Assembly: GCA_047017005.1 (NCBI GenBank)
Contig: JBKXSZ010000002.1
Span: 10,620-42,619 of the forward strand
Origin: Clostridia bacterium
GTDB lineage: Bacteria; Bacillota; Clostridia; TANB77; CAG-508
Length of the DNA stretch: 32,000 nucleotides
Reading direction: 5' to 3'
In this document: piece by piece, positions 1 through 9,075 of the stretch
How positions within the stretch are numbered: position 1 is the first letter of the stretch
Layout: every line of letters starts with the position of its first letter
Program-made: the position numbers and the translations under genes
Notes under the pieces: model-generated
Databases searched by the model: none
What the model was told of the DNA's origin: nothing
Seen by the model: the letters and a program-made list of their open reading frames with translations, nothing else

Positions 1-262
1 ATGCTATTCTTAGTTGTGAATTTCTACTTAATTCTCTTCTAAATGATTCTACACTTCTATGTCCAAATATTTTCATTGCATAAATTAAATTTAACATTGT
101 TCTTACTGGATAATCATTTCTTCCATTCTTTCTTGTTTTTTCAAGCTTTTCGCATAATTTATCATCATCTATATTTTCAAAAAATATTTTTAATCTTTCT
201 AAATCTCCTAAATTTTCAATTTCCCTATATTCAAATATTGAAATTTGTGATATATTATTCAT
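1..262 (-). CDS. DDE transposase, N-terminal part (gene continues beyond the left edge)
   Basis: Absent from the ORF track because no stop lies inside the window. The reverse complement reads ATG (262..260) MNNISQISIFEYREIENLGDLERLKIFFENIDDDKLCEKLEKTRKNGRNDYPVRTMLNLIYAMKIFGHRSVESFRRELSRNSQLRIA.... An AAAGGAG sits about 8 nt upstream (271..277). The NGRxDYPVR...ESFRRELSRN pattern matches my memory of the N-terminal domain of IS4/IS5-type transposases; the family assignment is not verified. Confidence 0.6.
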   Translation of the reverse strand, partial: MNNISQISIFEYREIENLGDLERLKIFFENIDDDKLCEKLEKTRKNGRNDYPVRTMLNLIYAMKIFGHRSVESFRRELSRNSQLRIA

Positions 263-332
263 AGATTTTTTCACTCCTTTTGTTAAGTTTTTTTCCAAAT
301 TAATTATATCAAATTAGAGTGAAAAAATCACT

Positions 333-362
333 AAAAACGCTTGAAAAATCAAGCGTTTTTGT
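333..362. terminator. Bidirectional intrinsic-terminator-like hairpin
   Basis: Stem acgcttg (337..343) pairs with caagcgt (350..356) around a 6-nt loop. It is flanked by an A-run on the left and a T-run on the right. Confidence 0.5.
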
Positions 363-501
363 GTTTTTGTCGTATTTTTAAATTTATTTTATTATCTCTA
401 CTAATTAATGTCTGCAAATGGCTTAACTTCATGTCGTTACATTTTTATTACAAATTTTACACCTATGGTATTACTCTTTTTCAACTAACGAAATTATTCT
501 A

Positions 502-903
502 GTATTTGCACCAAAGTATAGGAGAAAAATTTTTTATGGGCAGAAAAGATTAGAAATAGGTAAAATTTTGAGAGATATTTCAGATTGGCAGGGAGTGAAA
601 ATTATAGAGGCTGAAGTTTGCCCAGATCATGTGCATATGTTTGTAGAAATACCACCAAAATTATCAGTGTCAAAATATATGGGAATATTAAAAGGCAAAA
701 GCAGCCTCATAATTTTCCAGAGGTGGTCAAATTTGAAGTACAAATTTGGCCAACGAAGTTTTTGGTGCCGTGGCTACTATGTAGACACGGTAGGTAAAAA
801 TGCAAAAAGAATTGCAGAATATGTGAGAAATCAACTACAAGAAGATATGATGTATGATCAAATATCAATAAAAGAATATAAAGACCCGTTTAACGGGTTA
901 TAA
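502..903 (+). pseudogene. tnpA: IS200/IS605-family TnpA (Y1/HUH transposase), 5'-truncated
   Basis: The frame is open from 427 and reads ...VFAPKYRRKIFYGQKRLEIGKILRDISDWQGVKIIEAEVCPDHVHMFVEIPPKLSVSKYMGILKGKSS...FWCRGYYVDTVGKN. It has the HUH motif (HVHMFV) and the C-terminal catalytic Tyr region. There is no ATG/GTG/TTG before the TTG at 568, and the first ~20-25 residues typical of the family are missing or degenerate. Confidence 0.8.
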
Positions 904-1000
904 GAGACGCATGCGTCGGAACAGCTATGAGCCTTGAGGCTCTGCTTGTAACATAGCCTTTTAGGCGTTATGAGTAAAAAGCCCCCGGCTTAGCCGGGGG
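904..1000 (+). mobile_element. GC-rich structured end of the IS200/IS605 remnant
   Basis: Three palindromes or hairpins lie just after the tnpA stop: gacgcatgcgtc (906..917), gagcc-ttga-ggctc (929..942) and cccccggct/agccggggg (982..1000). The GC content contrasts sharply with the surroundings, as expected for subterminal hairpins of this IS family. Confidence 0.6.
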
Positions 1001-1047
1001 ATAATTACTTTTATCTTTTCTATTTTTAGTTTTTTGTATTTAATTTC

Positions 1048-1623
1048 CTATTTATCTAATACACCTTTTTTATATATAAACTTAATAAATATTGATATAT
1101 ATATAGCTGCAAAAGCAAATCCCCCAATTATATCTGTAAAATGATGTACTCCTAAATATACTCTACTAATACCAATAAAGAAAATCAATAAGCTTAAGCC
1201 GATAATAGAAAACCACTTTAGTTTCTTATTTTCTACTTTTTTATAAATTAAATAAATACAAAAAGCATAAAATCCAAATCCAACCATAGCATGTGCACTT
1301 GGAAAGCTATATCCACTTTCTTCTACTAAATGTAATACACTTGGTCTTGGTCTTGCAAATATATTTTTTAAAATTTGTGTAATTAAAAATACAATTACTA
1401 AATTCATTGCTACGTATTTGGCATCTTTTCTTGTTTTGGTAAAAAGAAATAAATAAACTGTAATTAAGATTAAAGAAGCCGCTGAAGCAAAACTTGTGAT
1501 TATAATCATTACATTATTTAATGTTAAGTTTTGTAAAGATGCTAAAAAATTATACACTGTATTATCTATGATATCTATCAAAATTCTCCCTACCTTCTTT
1601 TCATATGAAGTATATTTTAACAT
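1048..1623 (-). CDS. PAP2-family membrane phosphatase (undecaprenyl-diphosphatase/phosphatidate phosphatase-like)
   Basis: All three acid-phosphatase motifs are present: KNIFARPRP, SFPSAHA and SRVYLGVHHFTD. The protein has multiple hydrophobic segments. Confidence 0.85.
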   Translation of the reverse strand: MLKYTSYEKKVGRILIDIIDNTVYNFLASLQNLTLNNVMIIITSFASAASLILITVYLFLFTKTRKDAKYVAMNLVIVFLITQILKNIFARPRPSVLHLVEESGYSFPSAHAMVGFGFYAFCIYLIYKKVENKKLKWFSIIGLSLLIFFIGISRVYLGVHHFTDIIGGFAFAAIYISIFIKFIYKKGVLDK

Positions 1624-1738
1624 TATCTTATTTTACTGTAAAGAGACTTTTAATATAATTTTAATTCTACCATTTATATATAATTTTAGTTTAAAAATAA
1701 AATAGACTGTATTTAAACATCACAGCCTATTTTTTATT

Positions 1739-2581
1739 TTATTTCATGCATGTTGCAGGATCAATATTTACATTATCTTTTAATATTTCAAAATGTAGAT
1801 GTGTTTCATCTGCAATTTCAAAGGTTGCACTTGTTCCTACCGTCGCAATACTTTGTCCTTGTTTTACTTTTTCTCCAACAACAACAAATTCTGTACTTAA
1901 CAAGTTAGAGTATACTGTTGTATATCCACTTTCATGTTCCATTACAATTGTTAAACCATATCGTGGGTCATTCTTTATTGATTTTACAGTTCCATCACTA
2001 GCTGCTTTTACAACACTTGCTTTATCTGCTTTGATATCAACTCCTAAATGTGTTGTCCATTCTTTTAATGTGTTTGAATAACTTAGGTTATCCTTGGCAA
2101 ATTCTTTACTAATTTCCCCTTCTACTGGTTTAATAAATGTAACTTCTTTTTGTTTCTTTTCTTCCTCTTTATTCTCCTTTTTAGTTTCTTCTTTCTTTTT
2201 TGTTTTTGTAGTATTCGTTGTTGTTTTATTTTCTACTGTTTTATTCTCTACTGTTTTATTCTCTGAAGTTTTATTTGTTGTATTTTCTATATTATTAATA
2301 GAATTTGTTTCATTTGCTGCTATCTCATTTTTCATTTCATTAACGTCTTTACCTATTTTACTATTTGCTTCTTCTGTTACTGTATTGGTTGTATTACTTG
2401 GCATTAAACTTGAAATTTTCTCACTATTCAAACTACTATTTTCTTCTTTTAATTTATTGGAATATGCCATAAAAGAACAAACAAAAACAATAACAGCAAT
2501 TCCTAATATGCTTCCAGTCCAATATAATATTTTCTTTCCATTATCTTCTCCTGAAAGGGAGTTTCTTCTTTCTCTTCTCAT
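1739..2581 (-). CDS. Membrane-anchored M23/LytM peptidase, possible SpoIIQ-like sporulation protein
   Basis: An N-terminal TM segment (ILYWTGSILGIAVIVFVCSFMAY) is followed by a low-complexity Asn/Thr/Lys/Glu linker. The C-terminal LytM domain has intact HxxxD (HLGVD) and HxH (HLHFE) motifs. Confidence 0.8.
   Translation of the reverse strand: MRRERRNSLSGEDNGKKILYWTGSILGIAVIVFVCSFMAYSNKLKEENSSLNSEKISSLMPSNTTNTVTEEANSKIGKDVNEMKNEIAANETNSINNIENTTNKTSENKTVENKTVENKTTTNTTKTKKKEETKKENKEEEKKQKEVTFIKPVEGEISKEFAKDNLSYSNTLKEWTTHLGVDIKADKASVVKAASDGTVKSIKNDPRYGLTIVMEHESGYTTVYSNLLSTEFVVVGEKVKQGQSIATVGTSATFEIADETHLHFEILKDNVNIDPATCMK
2223..2282 (-). repeat. In-frame 15-bp tandem repeat (about 4 degenerate copies) inside the M23 peptidase linker
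   Basis: Successive plus-strand units are gttttattttctact, gttttattctctact, gttttattctctgaa and gttttatttgttgta. They encode ...ENKTVENKTVENKTT.... Confidence 0.8.
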
Positions 2582-2732
2582 TGTATTTTCCTCCTAAAAC
2601 AATCTTTATTAAAATTGTTTCCAGATTTAGAGGAAATATACATTTTCTTCTTTTTATTTTATTTTTATTATCATTTTATTTTGTTTTCCTTTTTATACTT
2701 CTTTTTTATTTTATTATTCTATTTCTTTCTGT

Positions 2733-4299
2733 TTAATAAATACAATAATACATAGTATCTCCTACTAATTGAATTTGTTCACTATTAAAAGAATCCCAGT
2801 TTTGCTCATGTAATTGTGTCATTTTTTCATATTGTTCTTGCGTTTCTACTGTATAAATAACCTCTATTTTTCTATTATCACCTAGGCTTAGCTTAACTAC
2901 GGATGGAATGGACCATCTAAGAGCTGTTCCCCTTGCTGTTACTCTCGATTTTGCATTTTCTTGACCAAGTCCTAGGGATGCTTTTTTATCTTGTACTATC
3001 ATTATTTTCTGTATCTTATTTTTCGTTACCTCTTCATACTTTTGCACTTTTTTAGCTATTTCTTGCATAATATAGCTATCTTCTTGATTAATTTCTTTAT
3101 GGATTTGTAAAGTTTTCATATACCCAAACGTATTTATAGCAAAATACACGCTAACCAAAACATAAACACAAATATATATTTTTTTATTTTTCTCTCTACT
3201 CATCCAATCTACCAAAAAGATAGCAGATATTCCAACTACCGCTCCAGCTGCTATTAAAAGCCTACTTCCTAGTCCTGGACTAGACATTACCTTTAAAGGT
3301 ACACTGCATACTAAACCAGCTAATAGGATTACCCATAAATATAATAAAAATCTTTTTCTAGTTTTTTTATTACTAATAAGTACAATTCCTGTAACAAGGC
3401 AAATACTTGTTGTAAACCAGCCTGAAAAATCTCCTGAAGATGTAAAAGTAGAAATAAAGGTAAATTGAAAAATATCTTGTATTAGAACCCTAAGTGATTT
3501 ATCTGTTGGTTTTACTAACATTGTCCTTAGCCCGCATTACTCTAATACGAATTTCGTACATAAATAGAGCAGCAACACATAAGGCTAGTCCCCATATAAT
3601 TCCTAATTTTAATGTTTCTTTTATGAAATATTTTATTTTTTGTTTATGTTCTTTTCCTTCCTTTAGCATTAATAAAGCTAACGTTACAGGTAAAAACAAG
3701 TTAATACTTCCTTGATAGCACAAACTTGCAATAGCAAGTATAAGAAAGGATTTCAGAAGCGGATTTCTCTTCTCTTTTAAATAGATTTGAATTGCATATA
3801 TAGTTAAAAATACACCCAAACACATAATAGCTGATTCTGCAAAAATTAGTAATTCTATTGTTCTTCCATTCCATATTGTTAATATAGCTATCATGACAAG
3901 TAATAAGTCTTTTCCTTTTTCTTTTATCTCTATTCTTTCTTTTAGCATTTTATATAGTTTAAAACTTGCTAAAGTTAAAAACAAAATAGCAAGCGTAGAA
4001 GAAAGGACAACAAATACATCAAATGGTATCCTCAAAATTCCACCTAATATGGAGAACATTGCACTAAATAGCCTACCATCTTTTAAAAAGAAATTAACTC
4101 CATAAGAAAAATATCCCAAGTTCTTAAAAAGATAGGTGTCTGGTGAACAATGCGGAAAAAATAACGTATAGCAAATAGTATATGAAAAAAATAACATTCC
4201 TATAAATATAAAAATATCTTTTTTCTCTATCTTATTTATTTTACTACTTTTCTTTTCTTGTTTTATATTTTCATCTCTTACATTCATTCTTCTTTTCAA
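2733..4299 (-). CDS. Polytopic membrane protein of unknown function, read as one gene across a +1 junction at an in-frame CGG
   Basis: Track ORFs 3499..4299 and 2733..3521 overlap by 23 nt and are both multi-TM. The upstream frame reads ...GTA ATG CGG GCT... (CGG is the complement of 3532..3534). Skipping the C gives ...RVM-G-LRTMLVKPTDKSLRVLIQ..., which is the downstream ORF frame. A glycosyltransferase-like (GtrII-type) resemblance is only a vague impression. Confidence 0.6.
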
Positions 4300-4371
4300 T
4301 TCCTCTTCTTTCGTTTTCTCGTCCCTATTTTATAGAATCTATTAAGTTTTTTCAACGTTTTATTTAATATT

Positions 4372-5210
4372 TTATTTTTCCACTATTAATTGATATGGCT
4401 TTTCTATCGTTCCATCTCCACTTTCTTCATCAATCTTAGTACTTGAATTTAGTACAACAATAGGTCTTACTCCGCAACTATATTCTCTCGTTTCGTTATC
4501 ACTGCTAAAAACCATATTACTTCTAATTTCTTCATTACTTATACTAAGTATATTATAATAAGCCCACACAGAACAATATCCAACTCCTTTGGTTGCTAGC
4601 CAATAATACTGATTGTCGAATAGCAATTCATAAGCTTTATCTTCTTTTAGAAAAATACCATTATCAAATCCAAAATATTGTTTTCCATATTTAGATTCTG
4701 TACCATCTTTCTCTCTTGTTTTATCATATCCAATAATCGTATTTATATCTTCTGCATTTATACTTTTTGCTTCTTTTATCCCAGTTCCATGTCCATATAT
4801 AGAACATATTTTATTAAGTTCTTCTTCTACATTCCAAGCTTTCCTGCAAATCCTATTTTTTCTCCGTTGTCTGTTAATATAGGAAATTCTGAAACTAGTA
4901 TTAAATTTTCTCTTTCATTATCTCTTCTAAGAATTCTCCATTTTAAATCCTGCTGAACAGTGAAAAGATAATTTCCTGTTCCATTTTTTTCTTTTATCGA
5001 TTCTTGTTTATATCCTTCTTCTAGTTTTAGTTCTACATAATCTCCTAAGTTTGGACTTTTCTTTTGTTCTACTATTTGTTTTTTCTCTGTCTTATTTCCA
5101 TTAAAAATTAAAACTACAGTCGAAATTAATATTCCTGAAAAAATCGATAGAATTACTACAAATAGCAAAATTTTCTTATTTTTTACTTTCTTGATTCTTC
5201 CAAATTCCAA
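4372..5210 (-). pseudogene. Membrane-anchored secreted protein with a -1 frame break
   Basis: ORF 4827..5210 (TM anchor, then ...DLKWRILRRDNERENLILVSEFPILTDNGEKIGFAGKLGM*) continues in the -1 frame. That frame reads ...WNVEEELNKICSIYGHGTGIKEAKSINAEDINTIIGYDKT...LFDNQYYWLATKGVGYCSVWAYYNI...EYSCGVRPIVVL and joins track ORF 4372..4626. The YWLA...GVRP ending recalls a domain of unknown function common in Firmicute surface proteins. Confidence 0.6.
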
Positions 5211-7078
5211 GTTTCTCCCATATCTTTTGAATAATACGTCTTACTATCCCCTCCGTTATAGTCACCATCGGAACTTTGTGATATTAATATTGATATTTTC
5301 TCATTTTCTATTGTTGGTAAATTGTAATAATCATATATATTACTATCTAGTATCTCTACTTTTGAAAAGTTTTTACCTCCATCTTTTGTCTTATATAGCT
5401 CACAAGAGTCACCACTAGCGTTCGGCATTGTTAAAAAACCTGTTTTTTCACTAATAAATTTTATTTGGCTACCTCTTTTAAAAATTTTTTGTCCATCCTC
5501 ACCTATTCCATAGCTAATATCTTCCCATGTTTTTCCACCATCTGTTGTTTTTACAATTTTCCCATAGGCAGTTCCCATAGCTACATCTTCAAATTCAAGC
5601 ATAAATCCAATATTGGAATTAATAAAGTGTATGTTTTGAATTGTAAAATTATTGCCAATTTCTACTGTTTTCCAATTTTTTCCCATGTCATTAGAATATA
5701 CCAAATATTGCTTTCCTTTACTTTTATAGAAAAAGACTGTTTTTTCTTTGCTAATTTGATAGTTATATTTTGTATAGCTGTCATCACCATTGGAGAAATC
5801 TCCTGGTACTTCTACTATATTTTCGCCATCATAGCTAATATATAAAATTCCATTTTTAATTTTATAGTCGTTTGCATCCATATCCACTATTTTATAATTC
5901 TCTAAGTTTTTTTCATCTTTGTAAGTAACACAATATAAAGTTTCCCCTCTTGTTTTTTCCATTGAAACTTCTTGAAGTGTAACTGTCCCACCTTTTTGTA
6001 TTAATCCCGTTTTCTCTTCTATTTTACAATCTTCATTTAAAGCTATTACATATTTTGGTATTTCTTTATGATAAAGCACTAAAGCAGTGGTTCCAAATTG
6101 TTTACAACCGACTTGTTCAAATAGTTCTGTTTTACCTTTACTTTTTATTGTAATTCCTTTTGAATCTACAGTGAATTGTGTATCGCTACCATATTGATTC
6201 TGGACTTGCCATTGTCCAGATAGTGTGGTTATCACTTGATAATATGAAGTTTCGCTTCCTCTATCGCCATAAGTAGATACATATTCTCTAATTTTATTGT
6301 CCTTATCACGATACGTAATACTACAAACATCATTTGTTATCCATTGGTATTTTATATTCCCCATTGTTTCATAAGGAAACTCTTCTTTTGCTTTTGCAAA
6401 AAGATAAAACTTATTTTGGTGATAAATTGTTGTTTTCCCTGTAGATGTCTCCACTTTTAGAACTAATTCATTTGAAAAGTTTTTTGAAACACTAAGGATA
6501 GATTTATTTTGAAAGCCATTACGCACCATAAAAGCTAGATTTATAATAGTCAGAAAAACGAATAAATTATATGTGATAATATCTTTTACTTTATTTTTCT
6601 TTATACATAAAACAACAATTAACATAGCAGATAAAAGAATCATCTCATTTATTATGTAATACATATTATCTATTATATATTCGTATCCATGACTTTTTAA
6701 TATGAAATATCCTAATTGTAAAATTACAGAAAGACTAAAGAAAATAATCGCTGTAATTCTTATAATTTTTTTAGCCTTTTGTTTTCTCTTCTCTCTCTTT
6801 TCTTTTGCATGTGTAATTTCTTCTACTGTTTCTTGAATTTTCTTTTCTACGTTGATTTCTTCTTTTCTCCCAATTTCTGCATTTAATATTTCAGAAGCTG
6901 TTACATTAAAAATCTCTGCTAATGAATTTAACATTGTAATATCTGGGAAGCTTAATCCTCTTTCCCATTTTGATACTGCTTTATCAGTAACATGTAACTT
7001 AGCCCCCAATTCTTTCTGGGTCATATTAGCTTGTTTTCTTAATTTCTTAATAAAATTTCCAACCTTTTCCTTATCCAT
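5183..7078 (-). CDS. XRE-family HTH protein with TM segments and an extracytoplasmic BNR/Asp-box repeat domain
   Basis: The N-terminus MDKEKVGNFIKKLRKQANMTQKELGAKLHVTDKAVSKWERGLSFPDITMLNSLAEIFNV is a typical HTH_3 domain. About three hydrophobic helices span residues ~100-190. The C-terminal part carries SxDxGxxW-like boxes (SNDMGKNW, TTDGGKTW, TKDGGKNF, SKDMGETW). Confidence 0.75.
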   Translation of the reverse strand: MDKEKVGNFIKKLRKQANMTQKELGAKLHVTDKAVSKWERGLSFPDITMLNSLAEIFNVTASEILNAEIGRKEEINVEKKIQETVEEITHAKEKREKRKQKAKKIIRITAIIFFSLSVILQLGYFILKSHGYEYIIDNMYYIINEMILLSAMLIVVLCIKKNKVKDIITYNLFVFLTIINLAFMVRNGFQNKSILSVSKNFSNELVLKVETSTGKTTIYHQNKFYLFAKAKEEFPYETMGNIKYQWITNDVCSITYRDKDNKIREYVSTYGDRGSETSYYQVITTLSGQWQVQNQYGSDTQFTVDSKGITIKSKGKTELFEQVGCKQFGTTALVLYHKEIPKYVIALNEDCKIEEKTGLIQKGGTVTLQEVSMEKTRGETLYCVTYKDEKNLENYKIVDMDANDYKIKNGILYISYDGENIVEVPGDFSNGDDSYTKYNYQISKEKTVFFYKSKGKQYLVYSNDMGKNWKTVEIGNNFTIQNIHFINSNIGFMLEFEDVAMGTAYGKIVKTTDGGKTWEDISYGIGEDGQKIFKRGSQIKFISEKTGFLTMPNASGDSCELYKTKDGGKNFSKVEILDSNIYDYYNLPTIENEKISILISQSSDGDYNGGDSKTYYSKDMGETWNLEESRK

Positions 7079-7216
7079 TTTCTACTTTCCTTTTTTATTT
7101 TTCTTATTTTTTTCTTAAACTCTTTTAAACTTTACTAAAAAATAGTATCACTTCTCCTTTAAAATCGCAACCGACTATTGGTAGAGTTTTCTGTCTTCTT
7201 AGAAAATAGCTATTTT

Positions 7217-7251
7217 CAAAAAGAGGTATCTCTTTTGATACCTCTTTTTTT
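7217..7251 (-). terminator. Intrinsic terminator downstream of spoIID (bidirectional shape)
   Basis: Stem agaggtatc (7222..7230) pairs with gatacctct (7237..7245). A-runs and T-runs flank it on both sides, 21 nt past the spoIID stop. Confidence 0.75.
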
Positions 7252-7271
7252 CTATTTCTTTTTTCTCTTTT

Positions 7272-8297
7272 CTATTTCTCTGTATAATCTTCTATTTCAA
7301 CTCCTGTATAGAAATGTTTGATGATTTCCTCATAATTTTTTCCTTGTTTTGCTAAACTATCTGCCCCCGTCTGGCTCATTCCTACTCCATGACCGTATCC
7401 TATAACTTGAAATATAACCTTATTACCATCTATTCCTACTGTGAAATCTGCTGATTTAAGGCCAAATATAGTTCTTGCTTCTACTCCCGCTATTTCCTTG
7501 TTTCCTATTTTTATGGTCTTTACTCGATTTCCTTCTGTATAGTCTAAAATTTTAATTGCATCTTCCTGCTCCCATAAAATTTCAATGTCTGCATACTTTT
7601 CTTTCATTTTTTCTAATACTTCTTCTTTTGAAAGTTCTACTTTTGAAGAATATTGTGTATAGTTTTCCTCACCAGCTGTTTCTACTACCTGTAAATAAGG
7701 ATATCCATTTCCTCCCCATACATTAGAAGGCATTTCTGTTTTTCCCCCACTATTGGAATGGAAAAAAGCATCAATGGGAGCCCCATCATATGTAATAATT
7801 TTTCCTTGTGTACTATTCACAGCTGCTAATATTTTATTCCAATTGTCTTGTCTGTTTTCTTCTGGCCATTTAGCAAGTCTATCTTCTTTACTTATCCATG
7901 CCTGGCAACACGCCGAATTATCACAAATATCGGCACCTTCATGTTTTCCTTGCTGATGTAATATTTTATAGAAAGTATAGGTCCTTGCAACTACTGCCTG
8001 GGCTTTTAATGCTTCTAATTCAAAATCTACTGGCATTTCACTTGCTACTACACCATCTAGATAATCATCTAGTTTTATCTCTTGTACTTCTCCTGTTTTA
8101 TTATGAAATAACTTAATAGTTTGATAGCTTTGATAATCATAGGTACTAATACCTGGTTCTATTTTGTCTGTTCTCTCCTGTCGTTCCTGTTCTTTTTCCT
8201 GCTGTTTAAACTTAGGAGATGCTAAAACAGGTAATAAAAAGCAAAGAAGAATTGCTCCTAAAAAGTAAATTGTTATTTTGTATTGTTTTTCTTTCAC
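7272..8297 (-). CDS. spoIID: Stage II sporulation protein D (SpoIID lytic transglycosylase)
   Basis: SpoIID/LytB-domain hallmarks are present: EALKAQAVVARTY, FHSNSGGKTE and GHGVGMSQ. There is an N-terminal TM/signal segment. The start is GTG, with AAAGGAGG 9 nt upstream. Confidence 0.9.
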   Translation of the reverse strand: MKEKQYKITIYFLGAILLCFLLPVLASPKFKQQEKEQERQERTDKIEPGISTYDYQSYQTIKLFHNKTGEVQEIKLDDYLDGVVASEMPVDFELEALKAQAVVARTYTFYKILHQQGKHEGADICDNSACCQAWISKEDRLAKWPEENRQDNWNKILAAVNSTQGKIITYDGAPIDAFFHSNSGGKTEMPSNVWGGNGYPYLQVVETAGEENYTQYSSKVELSKEEVLEKMKEKYADIEILWEQEDAIKILDYTEGNRVKTIKIGNKEIAGVEARTIFGLKSADFTVGIDGNKVIFQVIGYGHGVGMSQTGADSLAKQGKNYEEIIKHFYTGVEIEDYTEK

Positions 8298-8351
8298 TCT
8301 AGGAGTCCTCCTTTTTTTGTTCTTAGTAATTAGAAGTTTTTTTATTTTATG

Positions 8352-9075
8352 CTAAGAAATTAATTTCATTCTCATTTTTTCTAATACTTTTTTCTCTAAT
8401 CTTGAAACTTGTACTTGGGACATTCCTAATATTTTGGCCACCTGTGTTTGTGTTTTATCTTTGTAGTAACGTAATAAAATAATTTCTTTAGAACGTGTGT
8501 CTAAATTTTCAATAGCATCTTTTAAAGATATTTTTTCCACTACCTCACTTACTTCATCTTTTTGCAGTATTAGCCTATCTAACATCGTTTCTTTCCCATT
8601 GGATTCTTCATAGGCTTCCTGGTGAAGCGAAGTAATTTCTCTATTACATTCCATTGCAGCTGCAATTTCCTCTTTTGGTAGCTCTAAAATTTCAGCTAAT
8701 TCTAAGATTCCAATTTCTTTATTGTTTTTATCGAAATATTCTTTTTGTAAAACCTTTATTTTTTGACTTAGTTCCTTTGTACTTCTGCTTACTTTTATTA
8801 ATCCATCATCTCTTACAAATCTTCTTATCTCTCCTAATATGTATGGTACTGCATAGGTAGAAAGTTTTACTTCATACTCGCAATTAAATCTTTGTATTGC
8901 CTTAATAAATCCCATTGCTCCAATTTGGTATAAATCCTCAATTTCATAACCTCTTCCTTGAAATCTTTTTACAATGCTCCAAATAAGGCCATTGTTTTGT
9001 TCAATTAATTTAGTCATAATTTGATTATCACCGCTCTTGAGCTGCACGGATTTCTTCTATTTTATTTTCATACAT
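8352..9075 (-). CDS. sigF: Sporulation sigma factor SigF (SpoIIAC), 5' end crossing a +1 junction at CGG
   Basis: Track ORF 8352..9047 is clearly a group-3 sporulation sigma factor (GLIWSIVKRF..., YAVPYILGEIRRFVRDDG, QTQVAKILGMSQVQVSRLEKK) located after spoIIAA/spoIIAB. The only RBS-equipped start is ATG 9075..9073 (GGAG at 9087..9084). It reads MYENKIEEIRAAQE then CGG (9033..9031) and TGA. Skipping the C gives ...IRAAQE-GDNQIMTKLIEQNNGLIW. Confidence 0.85.

Noticed and set aside
43-264. 73-aa plus-strand ORF at the left edge
   Set aside because: It is antisense to a much more convincing transposase N-terminus that has an RBS. Its Phe/Leu/Ile-rich composition is typical of antisense frames in AT-rich DNA.
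465-467. ATG as a start codon for the IS200 tnpA
   Set aside because: On re-indexing it is out of frame with the TnpA reading frame. The frame has no canonical start before TTG 568, so I call the gene 5'-truncated.
2223-2282. Possible CRISPR-like or regulatory repeat array
   Set aside because: The units are contiguous with no spacers, 15 bp long and in frame within a CDS. They form a coding tandem repeat.
1746-2597. Plus-strand ORFs 1746..2081 and 2094..2597
   Set aside because: They are antisense to the M23 peptidase gene. They are low-complexity Phe/Ser/Val-rich, with no RBS and no motifs.
4856-4861. T6 (A6 on the coding strand) run as the site of the frame break in the 4372..5210 gene
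   Set aside because: Homology-like sequence continues in the original frame past the run (…DNGEKIGFAGKLG). The break lies further downstream at about 4827..4840.
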